Part shown: in pieces, positions 1 to 25,215 of the stretch | Layout: every line of letters starts with the position of its first letter | How positions within the stretch are numbered: the stretch's first letter is position 1 | From: the human T2T-CHM13v2.0 reference genome, Homo sapiens | Reading direction: 5' to 3' (one strand) | Assembly (NCBI RefSeq): GCF_009914755.1 | Contig: NC_060925.1 | Length of the DNA: 64,000 nucleotides | Made by a program: the position numbers and the translations under genes | The notes under the pieces: model-generated | The model's database searches: none | Told to the model about the DNA's origin: nothing | What the model saw: only the letters and a program-made list of their open reading frames with translations

Positions 1-410
1 TTTTGATTACTGAAAGCATTTCTTTCATTTTGTCTAATTGAACAAATTTATGCAAAGAATTGGGGACTTATTCCTCATTAGTATTGTTCATCTACAGGTG
101 GAAATAAGTTCAAGTATGTGTTGCAGTATTAATTAAAGGCAAAGTGACCTACTTGTATTATATTCTGAATAAATAATGAATGAAAAATAGAAGAATGACT
201 CAGTTATTTTAGACTCTTAAGTTATACAGATTTATGTAATGTCTATTTTGATTTTTATTAATTAACCATGAATTTATCCTACTCTAGTATTGAGAAAAAG
301 AAAATGGAACTATGGGCCCTTCTTTCAAATGATACTTAGGAATGTATCTGCACTGTATCCAGAAGGTCAGTTACATGCCCTGTTACCAATTGAATTCTGC
401 TTCACTAAGG

Positions 411-663
411 ATAATAATAACTGACATTGAGTGCATGGCACATGATGGGCACTGTGCAAAATGCTTTGACATGTTGTGTTCATTTAATCCACACAATGGT
501 CCTATGCTATAAAAACAGTTAATATCTACTTTTTTATAGATGAGGAAACTCCAGCTTAGAGAGATTAGGTAAGCTGTCTAAAGTCACCCTGCCTGTAAGT
601 GTTTAGAGCTGAGATTCACATTCACGGAGTCCTCCTGAAGAACCTAGGATTAACCACTATGTT
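411..663 (-). mobile_element. MIR SINE, degraded
   Basis: ATAGATGAGGAAACT...AGAGAGATTAGGTAAGCTGTCTAAAGTCAC resembles the reverse complement of the MIR core; the flanks are MIR-like. Ends approximate. Confidence 0.75.
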
Positions 664-913
664 GAACAGCTTTGGCCTGCAAATTACATGCTTCTTAGAA
701 AATGAGGCTATTATCTATAATCTGTATTTTTTAATATCAATTTTATTCCTTTCAACTGGTCAGTTATATCATAAATTCCACGGAATTTTTATAGAACCCA
801 TGCTTTGCCACTCTTGTATCCCTATAGTGGTGCTGGGGAATAAAGACACATTTATTTGCCTTAGCACTCTTTCTTTCTTTTTTTTTTTTTTGTAATTTTA
901 CTTATAAATTGGG

Positions 914-1012
914 AGGGTGGCCATAAAATTTATCATCCAACCACTGAAAGTGAAAGAAGGTGCTATTTATGATTTCCCCAGGACAACAGGCAGAAAATAC
1001 TCTCTGGTCATA
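914..1012 (+). mobile_element. hAT-Blackjack MITE remnant (MER94-like)
   Basis: AGGGTGGCCATAAAATTTATCATCCAA...GAAAGTGAAAGAAGGTGCTATT...GGACAACAGGC...TGGTCA resembles the MER94 consensus as I recall it. Confidence 0.5.
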
Positions 1013-1099
1013 CATTTAGCCTGCAGAGAGAATTTAAGTACATTATGGATAGTCTGCCATAGACACAGCAGTAGCATCTGCAACAAGTGAATGATAAAT

Positions 1100-1177
1100 A
1101 TGTATACATATGTAACTAACCTGCACATTGTGCACATGTACCCTAAAACTTAAAGTATAATAATAATAAAAATAAAA
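1100..1177 (+). mobile_element. Extremely 5'-truncated young L1PA 3' end with A-rich tail
   Basis: ATGTATACATATGTAACTAACCTGCACATTGTGCACATGTACCCTAAAACTTAAAGTATAATAATAATAAAAATAAAA is the L1PA2-4 3' terminus. No clear TSD. Confidence 0.9.
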
Positions 1178-1670
1178 CAATCAACTTTCAGGGAAATAGC
1201 CATTTTTAGAAAACATAGGGAAATAGCCATTTTAAGTAAATGTCAGGTGAGTCTCACTATAAACTGCCTATAATGAGACAGTTTAGTAAGCTTAAAGTTT
1301 TATTAATTCCCAAAAGCATCTAATAGGTTGAGATTTATTGGCATTCAAAAGTATGATTCACAAATTGTAAGAGAAGCTGGCAAAGTCATGTTTTTGCTGG
1401 CCTATGGAATGCACCGGAGAATTCTTTGGACTTGCATATCTTCTGATTCATGTGTCATAATAATAATGTCTGTGTGATTCTCAGTGAATCATGAATGCGT
1501 GATTATGCTTTTACAATAAAATTTGTTTATGAAGTCAGTGAAGATAATTCATGAATAACATTGTCAAAATTACTTTTAATCACATGATTAACCTGCAACA
1601 ACTATGTATATTATTTTTTATGTGTTGGCTTATTATGTTCAAAAACTTTGTTTATAAAAACTGATTTTGC

Positions 1671-2707
1671 AGAGGGAGGAGCCAAGATGGCCGAACAGGA
1701 ACAGCTCCGGTCTACAGCTCCCAGCGTGAGCAATGCAGAAGACGGGTGATTTCTGCATTTCCATCTGAGGTACCGGGTTCATCTCACTAGGGAGTGCCAG
1801 ACAGTGGGCGCAGGTCAGTGGGTGCAGTGCACTGTGCGTGAGCCAAAGCAGGGCGACACATTGCCTCACTCTGGAAGCGCAAGGGGTCAGGGAGTTCCCT
1901 TTCCTGGTCAAGGAAAGGGGTGACAGACGGCACCTGGAAAATCGGGTCACTCCCACCCGAATACTGCACTTTTCCAATGGGCTTAGGAAACGGCACACCA
2001 GGAGATTGTATCCCGCACCTGGCTCGGAGGGTCCTACGACCACAGAGTCTCACTGATTGCTAGCACAGCAGTCTGAGATCAAACTACAAGGCAGCAGCGA
2101 GGCTGGGGGAGGGGCGCCCGCCATTGCCCAGGCTTGCTTAGGTAAACAAAGCAGCCAGTAAGCTCGAACTGGATGGAGCCCACCACAGCTCAAGGAGGCC
2201 TGCCGGCCTCTCTAGGCTCCACCTCTGGGGGCAGGGCACAGACAAATAAAAAGACAGCAGTAACCTCTGCAGACTTAAATGTCCCTGTCTGACAGCTTTG
2301 AGGAGAGCAGTGGTTCTCCCAGCATGCAGCTGGAGATCTGAGAACGGGCAGACTGCCTCCTCAAGTGGGTCCCTGACCCCTGACCCCTGAGCAGCCTAAC
2401 TGGGAGGCACCCCCCAGTAGGGGCAGACTGACACCTCACATGGCCAGGTACTCCTCTGGGACAAAACTTCCAGAGGAACAATCAGACAGCAGCATTTGTG
2501 GTTCATGAAAATCCGCTGTTCTGTAGACACCGCTGCTGACACCCAGGCAAAGAAGGTCTGGAGTGGACCTCTAGCAAACCCCAACAGACCTGCAGCTGAG
2601 GGTCCTGTCTGTTAGAAGGAAAACTAACAAACAGAAAGGACATCCACACCCAAAACCCTTCTGTACATCACCATCATCAAAGACCAGAGGTAGATAAAAC
2701 CACAAAG
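1671..2707 (+). promoter_or_regulatory. L1 5'UTR (sense and antisense promoter region; YY1 site CAAGATGGCC at 1683-1692)
   Basis: Sequence homology to the L1PA 5'UTR. Many CpGs have decayed; activity cannot be judged from sequence. Confidence 0.8.
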
Positions 2708-3716
2708 ATGGGGAAAAAACAGAGCAGAAAAACTGAAAACTCTAAAAAGCAGAGTTCCTCCTCCAAAGGAACGCAGTTCCTCACCAGCAACGGAACAAAG
2801 TTGGATGGAGAATGACTTTGATGAGTTGAGAGAAGGCTTCAGACAATCAAACTACTGCAAGCTACAGGAGGAAATTTGAACCAAAGACAAAGAAGTTGAA
2901 AACTTTGAAAAAAATTTAGACGAATATATAACTAGAATAACCAATACAGAGAAGTGCTTAAAGGAGCTGATGGAGCTGAAAGCCAAGGCTCGAGAACTAC
3001 GTGAAGAATGCAGAAGCCTCAGGAGCCGATGCGGTCAACTGGAAGAAAGGGTATCAGTGGTGGAAGATGAAATAAATGAAATGAAGCAGGAAGGGAAGTT
3101 TAGAGAAAAAAGAATAAAAAGAAACTAACAAAGCCTCCAAGAAATATGGGACTATGTGAAAAGACCAAATCTACATCTGATTGGTGTACCTGAAAGTGAC
3201 GGGGAGAATGGAACCAAGTTGGAAAACACTCAGCAGGATATTATCCAGGAGAACTTCCCCAATCTAGCAAGGCAGGCCAACATTCAGATTCAGGAAATAC
3301 AGAGAACGCCACAAAGATACTCCTCGGGAGGAGCAACTCCAAGACACATAATTGTCAGATTCACCAAAGTTGAAATGAAGGAAAAAATGTTAAGGGCAGC
3401 CAGAGAGAAAGCTCAGGTTACCCACAAAGGGAAGCCCGTCAGACTCATAGCTGATCTCTCGGCAGAAACTCTACAAGCCAGAAGAGGGTGGGGGCCAATA
3501 TTCAACATTCTTAAAGAAAAGAATTTACACCCCAGAATTTCATATCCAGCCAAACTAAGCTTCATAAGTGAAGGAGAAATAAAATACTTCACAGACAAGC
3601 AAATGGTGAGAGATTTTGTTACCACCAGGCCTGCCCTAAAAGAGCTCCTGAAGGAAGCACTAAACATGGAAAGGAACAACTGGTACCAGCCACTGGAAAA
3701 TCATGCCAAAATGTAA
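2708..3716 (+). pseudogene. L1 ORF1p, disrupted
   Basis: Starts ATGGGGAAAAAACAGAGC. The C-terminal 186-aa frame KRPNLHLIGVPE...ENHAKM (3156-3716) matches ORF1p; upstream stops and indels break the frame. Confidence 0.93.
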
Positions 3717-3779
3717 AGTCCATCAAGACTAGGAAGAAACTGCATCAACTAATGAGCAAAATAACCAGCTAACATCATA

Positions 3780-7585
<3,806 letters not shown>

Positions 7586-8568
7586 ATAATGAGAACACAT
7601 GGACACAGGAAGGGGAACATCACACTCTGGGGACTGTTGTGGGGTGGGGGGAGGGTGGAGGGATAGCATTAGGAGATATACCTAATGCTAAATGACGAGT
7701 TAATGGGTGCAGCACACCGGCATGGCACATGCATACATATGTAACTAAACTGCACATTGTGCACATGTACCCTAAAACTTAAAGTATAATAATAATAAAA
7801 AAACAAAAAAAACCTGATTTTGCTATTTAATTTTTAATTTACTTTAGAAAATAATGTAGCACAATGTTAGATTTATTACATATGTAACAATACTATTTAA
7901 TGCTGCACAATCATAGCACATAATGTTTATAACTATAGCATTTTATGAACTGTCTTTGTGCTTTTAAAGAAAGAAATATCATAATCTTTAGTTTTATTTA
8001 AGTGAAGGATCATGGATTTGTTTTGACATACTTTCTAATAATTATAATGTTTTCCTTTGTAAGCATGTGTGCCTAAATTCTCACTGAGGGCTTTCTATAC
8101 TGTGTAAATAGCACAGAAAATGTCTATATAGGAATGTTTAAAAAACATTTTCTGTTGCATGTAACTCAAAAGATACATCTAATATGCAGTTAAATTGAAT
8201 AAAATAGTACTTTGTGAATTAAAAATTTAAGTATTGGAAAACATTGTCATGCTTTTTGTTTTTAATAGTGGTTTAAAAGAGAATATAAAGGCACTAAACA
8301 GAAAACACTAGTTTTGTTTTTCTTTGTGTATACTCACAAGTAATTTAAATCATGTTGAACAATATGTCCTTCTCAAGCCTAGTGAAAAAGTGCACCTAGA
8401 CCTGGGACTCTAGTTTAACACATCAAACCAGAAGTCTTTCAGAAAGGAATTTTCAAAATGTCCCAAAATATATTTGAACAATTTAAAAGGCAGTAATGAA
8501 CTTCATAAAAATAGATATTTTAAGTTAAAATGATGCAGAGAACAAATTTTCTTGTTGTTCTTGTTAAA

Positions 8569-14998
<6,430 letters not shown>

Positions 14999-17900
14999 TG
15001 TTCTGGGTAATTTTTTTTTTTTTTAATTTTGCCATGTTAGTTTAGGTTGATTCAGCACAAATGCTTGCAAAATATTTCAAAATTTATATTCTATGAAAAT
15101 GTCTACTTCTACAAAAGAGAATCAATATTCCAAGTAGGGCATTTTAATGTTTCTAACAGTTAAGAGGAAAAAATATTAAGGGGAATATACAATATTTCAC
15201 TATGTATTTTATTTGACTCTTATTTGAAATACTTATATGCTAAAATGATTAATGACTGGTAAATAAGTGTGTGTGTTCTAAAGCATGTGAGGCCAGCTTA
15301 AAGGAAGTGAGTAATTGTGTTTTTTGGTGACTGCATTAGAAAACAATTATTGGGAGATCAACTTCTGGAAAGACTGAGTAGATATGCTTTCCCCCACTCC
15401 TGGTAAGCACAGCTAACAACATTAGGTCTTATAAAACAAACAGTAAAAGATTCTGACTTACACAGCTACTGTGGCCCCACCTCCACCTCCAGCAGCAAAG
15501 CCTCCCCAAGTAGGGAGCTGGGAGCCAAGACTGTCACCTGAACTGGTGATAAGGAACCCCTTTCATTCCTATTAAGAAGCCTGAACTCCCACTCTGGATG
15601 TGGAGGAACCAGGTACCCCTCTTACCCTGGATTTTTAATGGAGGCAAAATGAGGAATTTAGATTTCTAACTCTACCTGACAGTAATAAGGTGAAGTGAGT
15701 ATCTCTTTCCCCAGTAATGTGGTGTCAGAGGAGGCCTACTAAACCAATTTAGATAAGATCTAGAATCTCATAATATCTAAAATATTAGGTTTCAATAAAA
15801 AACATACCAAGAGTCATGAAATTCTCAACTTGATTAAGAAAAAAACCAATAGATGCCAAAACCAAAATGAATCAAATGTTAGAATTACCTAACAATTATT
15901 TAAAGCAGCCATCATCAAAATGCATCATGAGCAGCTAGGAACAAATGAAAAATAACCTCAGCGAATAGAAAGTGACAGAAAACAAATAGATGATGTAAGA
16001 GATAAAGAAAATAAAGGTTATCTATTCTGAATAACAGAGGTAATATAGACTGGAAAAAAAATGCAAAATGCACAGAGCCTCAGGCCCTGTGAGACTTGTA
16101 ACAAATGATATACCATTTGTATTATTGGTATTGCAGAAGGAGAGGATAAAATGTTGGGCTGAAAAGATATTCAAAGTAATAACGATTGAAAATTTCCCCA
16201 ACTTTAACAAGTGCCATTAACCTACACATTGAAGAAACTGAGCAAACCCCAAACAGAATAAACTGAAGGAAATCCAGGTCAAAACACACCATAATCAAAA
16301 TTATGAAAACTAAAGATAGAGAACCTTAAAAGCAGAGATAGAGAAACAATACCTCACCTACTGGGGAAAACCAAATGATGACAGTGGATTTCACATCAGA
16401 AACTATGGAAGACAAAAGAAGTATCACATTTTCCAAATGCTCCTAGAAAAGTAGAGTAGGCAGTCCAAAGTTCTATATCTGATGAAAGAATCTCTGAATA
16501 ATGAAATAGAAATCAGGATATCCTTAATAAAAACAGCTAAGAAACTGGCAGACCTACCTTAAAAAAATGGTTAAAGAAGGTTCTTCAAAGAGGGAGGGAA
16601 TCATAAAAGAAGGATTTGGAGAACATCAGGAAGGGAGAAATAACACTTTCTTGAGGGAGTAGAAGCATCAAATATAATAGACAGTCTTCCCTTCTTAATT
16701 TTTCTCTAATTTTTAACTATTAAAGCAAAAGTTACAACACTGATCTGGTTCTCAATGTAATGTAAATGTAAAGGACATATTGAAGATACTTATAAAGGAG
16801 CAAGATAAAGGGACATAAAAGTAGGTAAGGTTTTTAAGCTTCACTCAAATTGGTAAAATTTTAATATCAATAAATTGTAACAAATTATATTTAAAGTTAC
16901 ATAATCAGTTATATAATACCCAGAACAACCACTAAGAAAGTATGGATAAATCAAAATGGAATTCTAAAAAAGTTCTAGTAACTCACAGGAATGAAGGGAA
17001 AACAGTAAGGAAAAACAGAAGAAATGGAAAATAAAAGTAATCGTGGACTTAGGTTCTAATAAATTAATAATTACCCTAAATCTAAATAGGCTTCTTATAC
17101 CAATAAGACAGAGATTGGTAGAGTGGATGAAAAAGAACCCCACTATGTGCTGCCTACAAGAAACTCAATTCAAATGGAACAATATAGGTAGGTTGAATGT
17201 AAAAGGATGGAAATGTATTTGCCATATAAGCATTAATCAAAAGCAAGCAAGAGTGACTATATTGATATCTCATAAAATGGATGTCAGAGCAAAGAAAATT
17301 ACCAGGAACAAAAAGGGACATTACATAATAAAAGGACCCACCAAGAAAATATAGACTAAACAATAGAGTTGCAAAATATGTGGTAGACCATCAGCAAAAA
17401 CTGATAGAACTGAAATAATAAATAGACAAATTTACAATTATGTTTGGAGACATCAACAAGCCTTTTCCAACAACTGTTAGAACAACTAGACAGGAACAGA
17501 GCAAGTATATAAAACAACACCATCAATGAACATCATCTAATTTATATGTTTAGAATACTAAAAACAGCAGAATACACACATACATATAGAACATTTACCA
17601 AGATAGACTATATCCTGGACTTTAACACCAAAAAATATAAAAGAATTGAAATCATAGAGTATGTTTTGTGACAAAAATGGAATCAAACTATACATTAGTA
17701 ATAGAGATAACAGAAATATATCCACACTTGGGTGTTAAAAGACACACCTGTAAATAACTCTTGAGTCAAGGCGGAAGTCTTAGGGGAAATTTTAAAAGTA
17801 AATGGGATAGAAAGAAAATGAAAATTTAACACATCAAAAATTTGGGCATGCAGCTAAAGCAATGCTGACATTTATAGTGTTAAATTCTTATGTTAAAAAA

Positions 17901-19799
17901 GAGAAAGAGCCTCAAATCCACCTAAGCTCCCACACCAAGAAACTAGAAAATGAAGAACAAAAATCCAAAGCAAGCTAAAGGAAGAGAATTATGAATATAA
18001 CAGCAGAAGTCAATGAAATTAAATACACAAACAGCAGGGAAAATCAATGAAACAAAAAGATGGTTCTTTGGAAATAACGATAAAATTGGCAAAGCTCCAA
18101 CAAAACTGACAGCAAAAAAAGACAGAGAGACAAATTACCAATACCAGAAATGAAACAGGCAATATAATTATAGACCCTATAGATATCAAAAGGATAATAA
18201 AGAAATTGTATGAACAACTCTACACACATAAGTTTGACAATTTAGATGAAATGGGCTATACAACTACCACATAAAGTACCAAGGATTATTCAGTATGAAA
18301 AAGATAATTGCATAGCTCTACAACTATTAAGGAAATTCAATTCATCATTTAAAAACTACTAAAAAAGAAATATCTGAGTCTGGATCGGTTCACAGGAGAA
18401 TACCATTAAACATTTAAAAAAGAAATAACACAAGATCTGCACAATTTCTTCCAGAAAATGAAAGGGGGGAACATTTTGCAAATCACTTTATGAAACAATG
18501 TTACTTTTATACCCAAATAAAAGTACAAAATGAAGAAAACTATAAACTAATATCTCTCATGAATACAGAGCAAAAATCCTTTATAAATTATTAGAAAATA
18601 GCATTCAGCAATATATAAACAGAGTTATACATAATGCCCATTGGGAGTTCATCCTAGAGATGTAAAATTGGTCCAATATTTCAAAACAATTATTGTAATT
18701 CACCATATTACCAATATAAAGGAGATAAATCACACTTTCATATCAACTGAGGCAAAATAAGCATTTGACAAAATTTGACACTCATTTATGATAAAAGCCC
18801 AGAAAATAAGGAAAAGAAACACCCTCAACTTGATGAAGAATATTTACAAAAATCTTATAGCTAATATCTTACCTAGTGGTGAAAGTAGAATGCTTTCCTC
18901 TTAAGATGAGAACAATGCAGTGGTGTTTTCCAGTCCCACTGCTAGTCAACATATTACAGGAAGTTCTAGGAAGCTCAATAAGGTAAGAAAAGGAAATAAA
19001 AGACATCAATTAGAAAGGAAAATATAAAGCTGTTCCTACTTGCAGATGCCACAATGGTTTACAAAAAAAATAAGGGACCTATAAAAATACTCCTAGAACT
19101 GATGAGTTCAGCGATGCCAAAAGTTCTAAGTAAAACATATAAAATTAATTGTATTCCTACATGAGAGCAATGGCCCTGTGGAAACTAAAATTAAGAATAC
19201 AATAGTATGTATAATCTTTTTAAAAAACTGAAGTACTTAGGTAGAAATCTAACAAAATATATACAGGACTACTATGATGTAAACTACAAAACAGTGATGA
19301 AAGAAAGAAGGTTTAAATAAATAGACATCCAGTGTTCATGGATTGGAACACTCAACAGAGTAAAAATGTCATTTCTCCCCAAGGTAATACACATACTTTA
19401 TACACTTATTATAAAAATCTTAGCAAGAATTTTTAAAGACAAAACTAAAGTTATTTTAAAATTTATTAGGAAAGGAAAAGGAAATAGAAGAGCTGAAACA
19501 ATTTTTGAAAAATAGAAATGAAGTTGGAGAAATCACTTCATCTTATTTTAAGAGTTATTATGTAACTACCTTAATCAAGACTGTGTGATACTAGCTGAAG
19601 GATAGAAAAACAGATCAATGAAATAGAAAAAGAAACCAGAAATAGTTCCACGCAAGTATTGCCAAAGAGTCTTTTCAACAAATGTTGCTGGAAAAATTGT
19701 ATATCCAGAAAGATGACCCTCACCTTAAATCTCACACATTAGCCAAAAATCATCTCAAACTGGATTATAGATTTAATGATAAAGCAAACTGTAAACCTG

Positions 19800-20280
19800 T
19801 TCCACCCATGTTTATAGAAGCACTTCTCACAAAGCCAAGAGGTGGAAGCAATGCAAATGTCCAAATGTCATTGACAGATGAGTGGATAAGCAAAATGTGG
19901 TATATTCATACAATGGAACATTATTCAGTCTTTAAAGTGGAGGGAATCCTGTCACATGCTACAACATGGATGAACCTGAAGGACACTATGCTTGGTGAAA
20001 TAAGCCAGTCACAAAAAAATCTGTATGGTTCCACTTATATGAGGTATCTAAAGTCATCAAATTTATAGAAATATAAAGTAGAATAATGGTTACTAGGGGA
20101 TGGGGGAGGGAAGAAGAGTAATTGGTTAATGGGTATAGAGTTTAAGTTCTGCAAGAAAATGTTCTGGAGATCTGTTTCACAACAATGCAAATATACTTAA
20201 CATTACTAAACAGTACACTTAAAAATAGTTCATCTTAACCATGGCAAGTTTTATGGTTTTTAAAATTATAATTTAAAAAG
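19800..20280 (+). mobile_element. Nested L1MB-like 3' fragment
   Basis: A second ORF2 end and 3'UTR (DEWISKMWYIHTMEHYS; GGTTAATGGGTATAGAGTTT...GTTCTGGAGAT) interrupts the host, whose ORF2 resumes at ~20290. Confidence 0.7.
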
Positions 20281-20814
20281 TGGTAGGATAAAAAATCCTA
20301 TAAATCTTTCAGAAGAAAAATGCAATCTTTAAGATCTAGGGCTTGATAAAGAGTGCTTGACATCAAAAAAAGCCATAAAAATAAAATTGGTAAATTACAC
20401 TTCATCAAAATTTAAAACTTTTACTCTGAAGGACCTTGTTAAGAGGATGAAAAGACAATCTACACACTGGGAGAAAATATTTGGGAACCGTATATCTTAT
20501 AGATGATTCATTTAGAATATTTAAAGAACTCTCAAAACTCAACAATAACAAAACAAAAATTCTAGCTAGAAAATGAGCAAGAGACATGAACAGGCCAAAG
20601 AGGATATATAGATGGCAAATAAGCACATGCAAAGATGTTCATCACTAGCGATTAAAAACAGCAAATGAAGACCACAATCAGTATCACTACATACATATGA
20701 GAATAGCTTAAAACTACTGACAATATCAAATGTTGGTAAGTATACACAGGAATTATCTCTCCCATACATTGAGGAAATGCACAGACACTCTGAAAAGCAG
20801 TGCAGCAGTTTCTT

Positions 20815-21305
<491 letters not shown>

Positions 21306-23080
21306 GCAGCAGTTTCTTAAAGGGATAAACATATATGGCCAATAAATCTCATTCCTGGGCATTTATCTCAGAGGAATGAAAACTTAGGTCCACACAAAGA
21401 ATTGTACATGATTGTTCATAACGGCTTTAGTTACAAAAGCTTAAAGCTATAAGTAAACAAAATATCTTAAAGTAGGAGTATATTTAAACAAACTGTGGTA
21501 CATCCATATCGTGGAATATTGCTCCGTAATAAAGAGGAATGAATTGTTGATACATGCAACAATTTGGATGGATTTCAAGGACGTTATGCTAAGTGAAAAA
21601 AAAGCCCATGTCAAAAGATCTGAGTCCATTGATGGGATGTCCTTGAAAGGACAAAATTACTGAGATGGAAAACAAATTAGTGGTTACCATGGGTTAGGAA
21701 TGCTGAGGGGGGGGGCAGGGAAGTGGGAGTAGATGTGACTATAAAGAGGTTATAATAGGGAGATCTTTGTGGGAATGGGTTAGTTCTGTATCTTGGTGGT
21801 TGTGTGAATCTGCAAATGTGATAAAAGACATAGAACTAATACATATACATTATAACCAATGTCAATTTCCTTCTTTTGATATTGTACTATAATTACTTAA
21901 GATATAAGCATGGGGAGAAACTGAATTAGGTGAAAATGAGACCTCTCTGTAATATCTTTGCAACTTTCTATGAATCTGTAATTTTCTCAAAACAAAATAT
22001 TTTAAAATGTTTGAATCAATTCATTAGTCTAAGCATTAAATGATTAGTATTAGAAAAGAATATGGACGTTTTTTACTTTTTTATTATTGGTTTAGGTAGA
22101 AAATCAACCTAAACTATCAGCTCAAACTATTGGCATAAAAGCAAAGTACAGAGTCTGTTACAAGCCCATGTGCTCAGATGTCTTACCAGATAGTCCTTGC
22201 AAGAAAAAAAGAGAAAAGTCTTTCTTATTTCTATTTAAATGACAATACAGGATTTAAAATGTCCTTTCATCATTGAATGATTGACAATATTTATGTATAA
22301 ACTTGATAAAGATCATTTGAGAAGAATCTTTGTTTTGTGTTACTGTAGCTACATAAGAGAAAGAAATTATATATATTAAATCTCTCATTGTATCTAGCCA
22401 TAGTTACAATAGCCGCTTTATAGTGGGAAAAAAAGGTTATTTTATTTTGGAAATAAGTACATTTTCAAGTATGAATCAAAACCTTTCACACTTACTAAAA
22501 AATATCTGTACACACAAAACACCAGAGTAAATATTCATATTCATGTCACCTCCCTATAATAACTACATTTACTCATATATTTCTTTCTGTGAATAGGTGT
22601 TCTGGATCCATTATAGTAGCTAAAATGTGGTGCAGGAGATAAGAGTGTTTAATCAAGGTTCACAATGATTTGCAGTGGCAGGAGACAGTTTGTGGCTAGA
22701 GATAACATTCAGCAGCACATGTTTATGAGTGAGACAGACACCTGTCTGATAGTACCATGAGCCAGCCTGTGTGCTTTGCTGAGGCATGTAGTGCTGAAAG
22801 CATTAAAATTCTGTGCAGTGAAAAAATGTTATGCTTCTAAAACTTTTGAGATTCTGAAAACAATTATCAAATGATACTCTAATTATGCTTTATGTTCTGA
22901 AGTCTCTTGTATTGGGGCAAACAAAAACCTTTAGCCTAAATATAAAACATGGTAATTTAAAACGTAAACGTAAGTATGTTTATCTAAAGAGAAACCAAAG
23001 TTTGTTTTTAATTTTTAGTTATTTTTTTTATTGTGGCAGAAACACTGAACTTGAGATTTACCTTCTTAACAAATGTATAG

Positions 23081-23317
<237 letters not shown>

Positions 23318-23920
23318 TTATTTGTCTTACATAAGTAAAACTTTATGACCTTTGGTCAACAACCTCCCATTTACCCTTCCCCCAGCTCCTAGCGACCACC
23401 ATTTTACTTTCTATGAGATTGACTTAACGTTAGATAGCTCAGATAAGTGGCATCATACAGCATTTGTTCTGGCTAACTCACTTAGCACAATATCCTTCAG
23501 GTTTATCCATGTTCTTACATATGGTAGAATTTTTTTAAGAGCTAAGTAATATTTCATTGTATGTATATATCACATTTTCTTTATCCATTCATCTATTGAG
23601 GGACATTTAGATTGTTTTGAAATCTTGGGTGTTGCTAATAATGCTGCAGTGAACATAAGAATGCAGAAATTCTTTTGAGTTCCTGATTTTAATTCTATTG
23701 GATATATACCCAGAAGTGGGATTGCTGGATCATATAGTTGTTCTATTTTTACTTTTGTGAGGAACCTCCATATTGCTTTCCATAGTGGCTGCATCAACTA
23801 TTCCCATCAACAGTGTATAAGAGTTCAAACTTTTCCATATCCTCAACAGCACTTGTTTTTTAAGAGTCATCCTAAAGGTGTGAGGTGATTGACATTTCTC
23901 TGATGACTAGTGATGTTGAA

Positions 23921-24216
23921 TTTTTTTTTTTTTTTTGAGACAGGGTCTCACTGTGCCACCCAGCTGGAGTATAGTGGTGCAAACACAGCTTGCTGCAGCC
24001 TCAATCTCCTGGACTCGAGTGATCCTTCTGCCTCAGCCTCCTGGGTAACTGGGACTACAGGCATGTACCACCATGCTTGGCTAATTTTTAAGTGTTTTGT
24101 GGAGATAGGGTCTCACTATGTTGCCCAGACTGGTCTCGAACTCGTGGGCTCAAGTGATCCTCTCACCTCAGCTTTCCAAAGTGTTGGATTATAGGTGTGA
24201 GCCACTGAGCCCAGTT
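23921..24216 (-). mobile_element. AluJ-like element, full length
   Basis: Poly(T) and both arms, with J-type features (GGGTCTCACTATGTTGCCCAG, GGCTCAAGTGATCC). Confidence 0.88.
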
Positions 24217-25215
24217 TGAATGCTTTTTTATATATTTTTTGGCCATTTGTATGTCATCTTTGGAGAAATGTCTATTCAAATCCTTTGCCCATTAAAAATT
24301 ATTTTTTGATAATGAGTTGTAGAAGTTCCTTATATATTTGGAGATTAACCCATTATTGGATATGTGGTTTGCAAATATTTTAACCCATTCTATAGGCTGC
24401 CTTTTCACTCTGTTGATTGGTTCTTTTGCTATACAGAAGCTATTTAGTCTAAAGGAGTTTCACTTGTTCATTTTTGTTGTTATTGCCTGGGCTTTTGTCA
24501 TATACAAGAAATCATTGTCAAGACCGACATCCAGAAGCTTTCCCTCTATGTGTACTAAGAGTTTTACAGTCTGGGGTCTTACATTTAAGTCTTTATTTTG
24601 AGGTGATTTTTATATATGGTGTGAGAGGAGAGTCCAATTTATTCTTCTGCATGTGAGTATCTGGTTTTCCTAACACTATTTGTGGAAGAGACATTTTTTA
24701 CCCCATTGTGTATTCTTGGCACACTTTTTGAAGATTGGTTGGTTGTATATGCATGATTTTATTTCTGGGCTGTCTATTCTGTTCCATTGATCTATATTTC
24801 TGTTTTAACTTCAGTAAAGAAATATAATTAATTCAGCTGGAATTTTGATGGGGATTGCATTGAATCTGTTGAACACTTTGGGTAGTACGGACAAGTTAAC
24901 ACTATTAATTCTTCCAACTCAAGAGCACTGGATAACTTCATTTTTTGTGTGTGTCCCATTTATTTTATTACCGTTTATAGTATGTAGTTTAATTTCATGG
25001 TGCTTAGAAAAGATACTTGGTTTAATTTCAACCTTCTTAAATTTGTTAAAACTTGTTTTGTGACATATCCTGTAGAATATTCCCTGTTTACTTGAGAAGA
25101 ATGCATATTCTGCTACCAGTGAGAGGAATGTTTGTTACACATCTGTGAGGTAAATTTGGCCTGTAGCATTGTTCAAGTCTGTTGTTTTCTTATCTTTGAG
25201 TTCACTAATTCTTTC

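Noticed and set aside
599-895. 98-aa ORF
   Set aside because: It starts inside a MIR, ends in a T tract and has low-complexity composition, so it is probably spurious.
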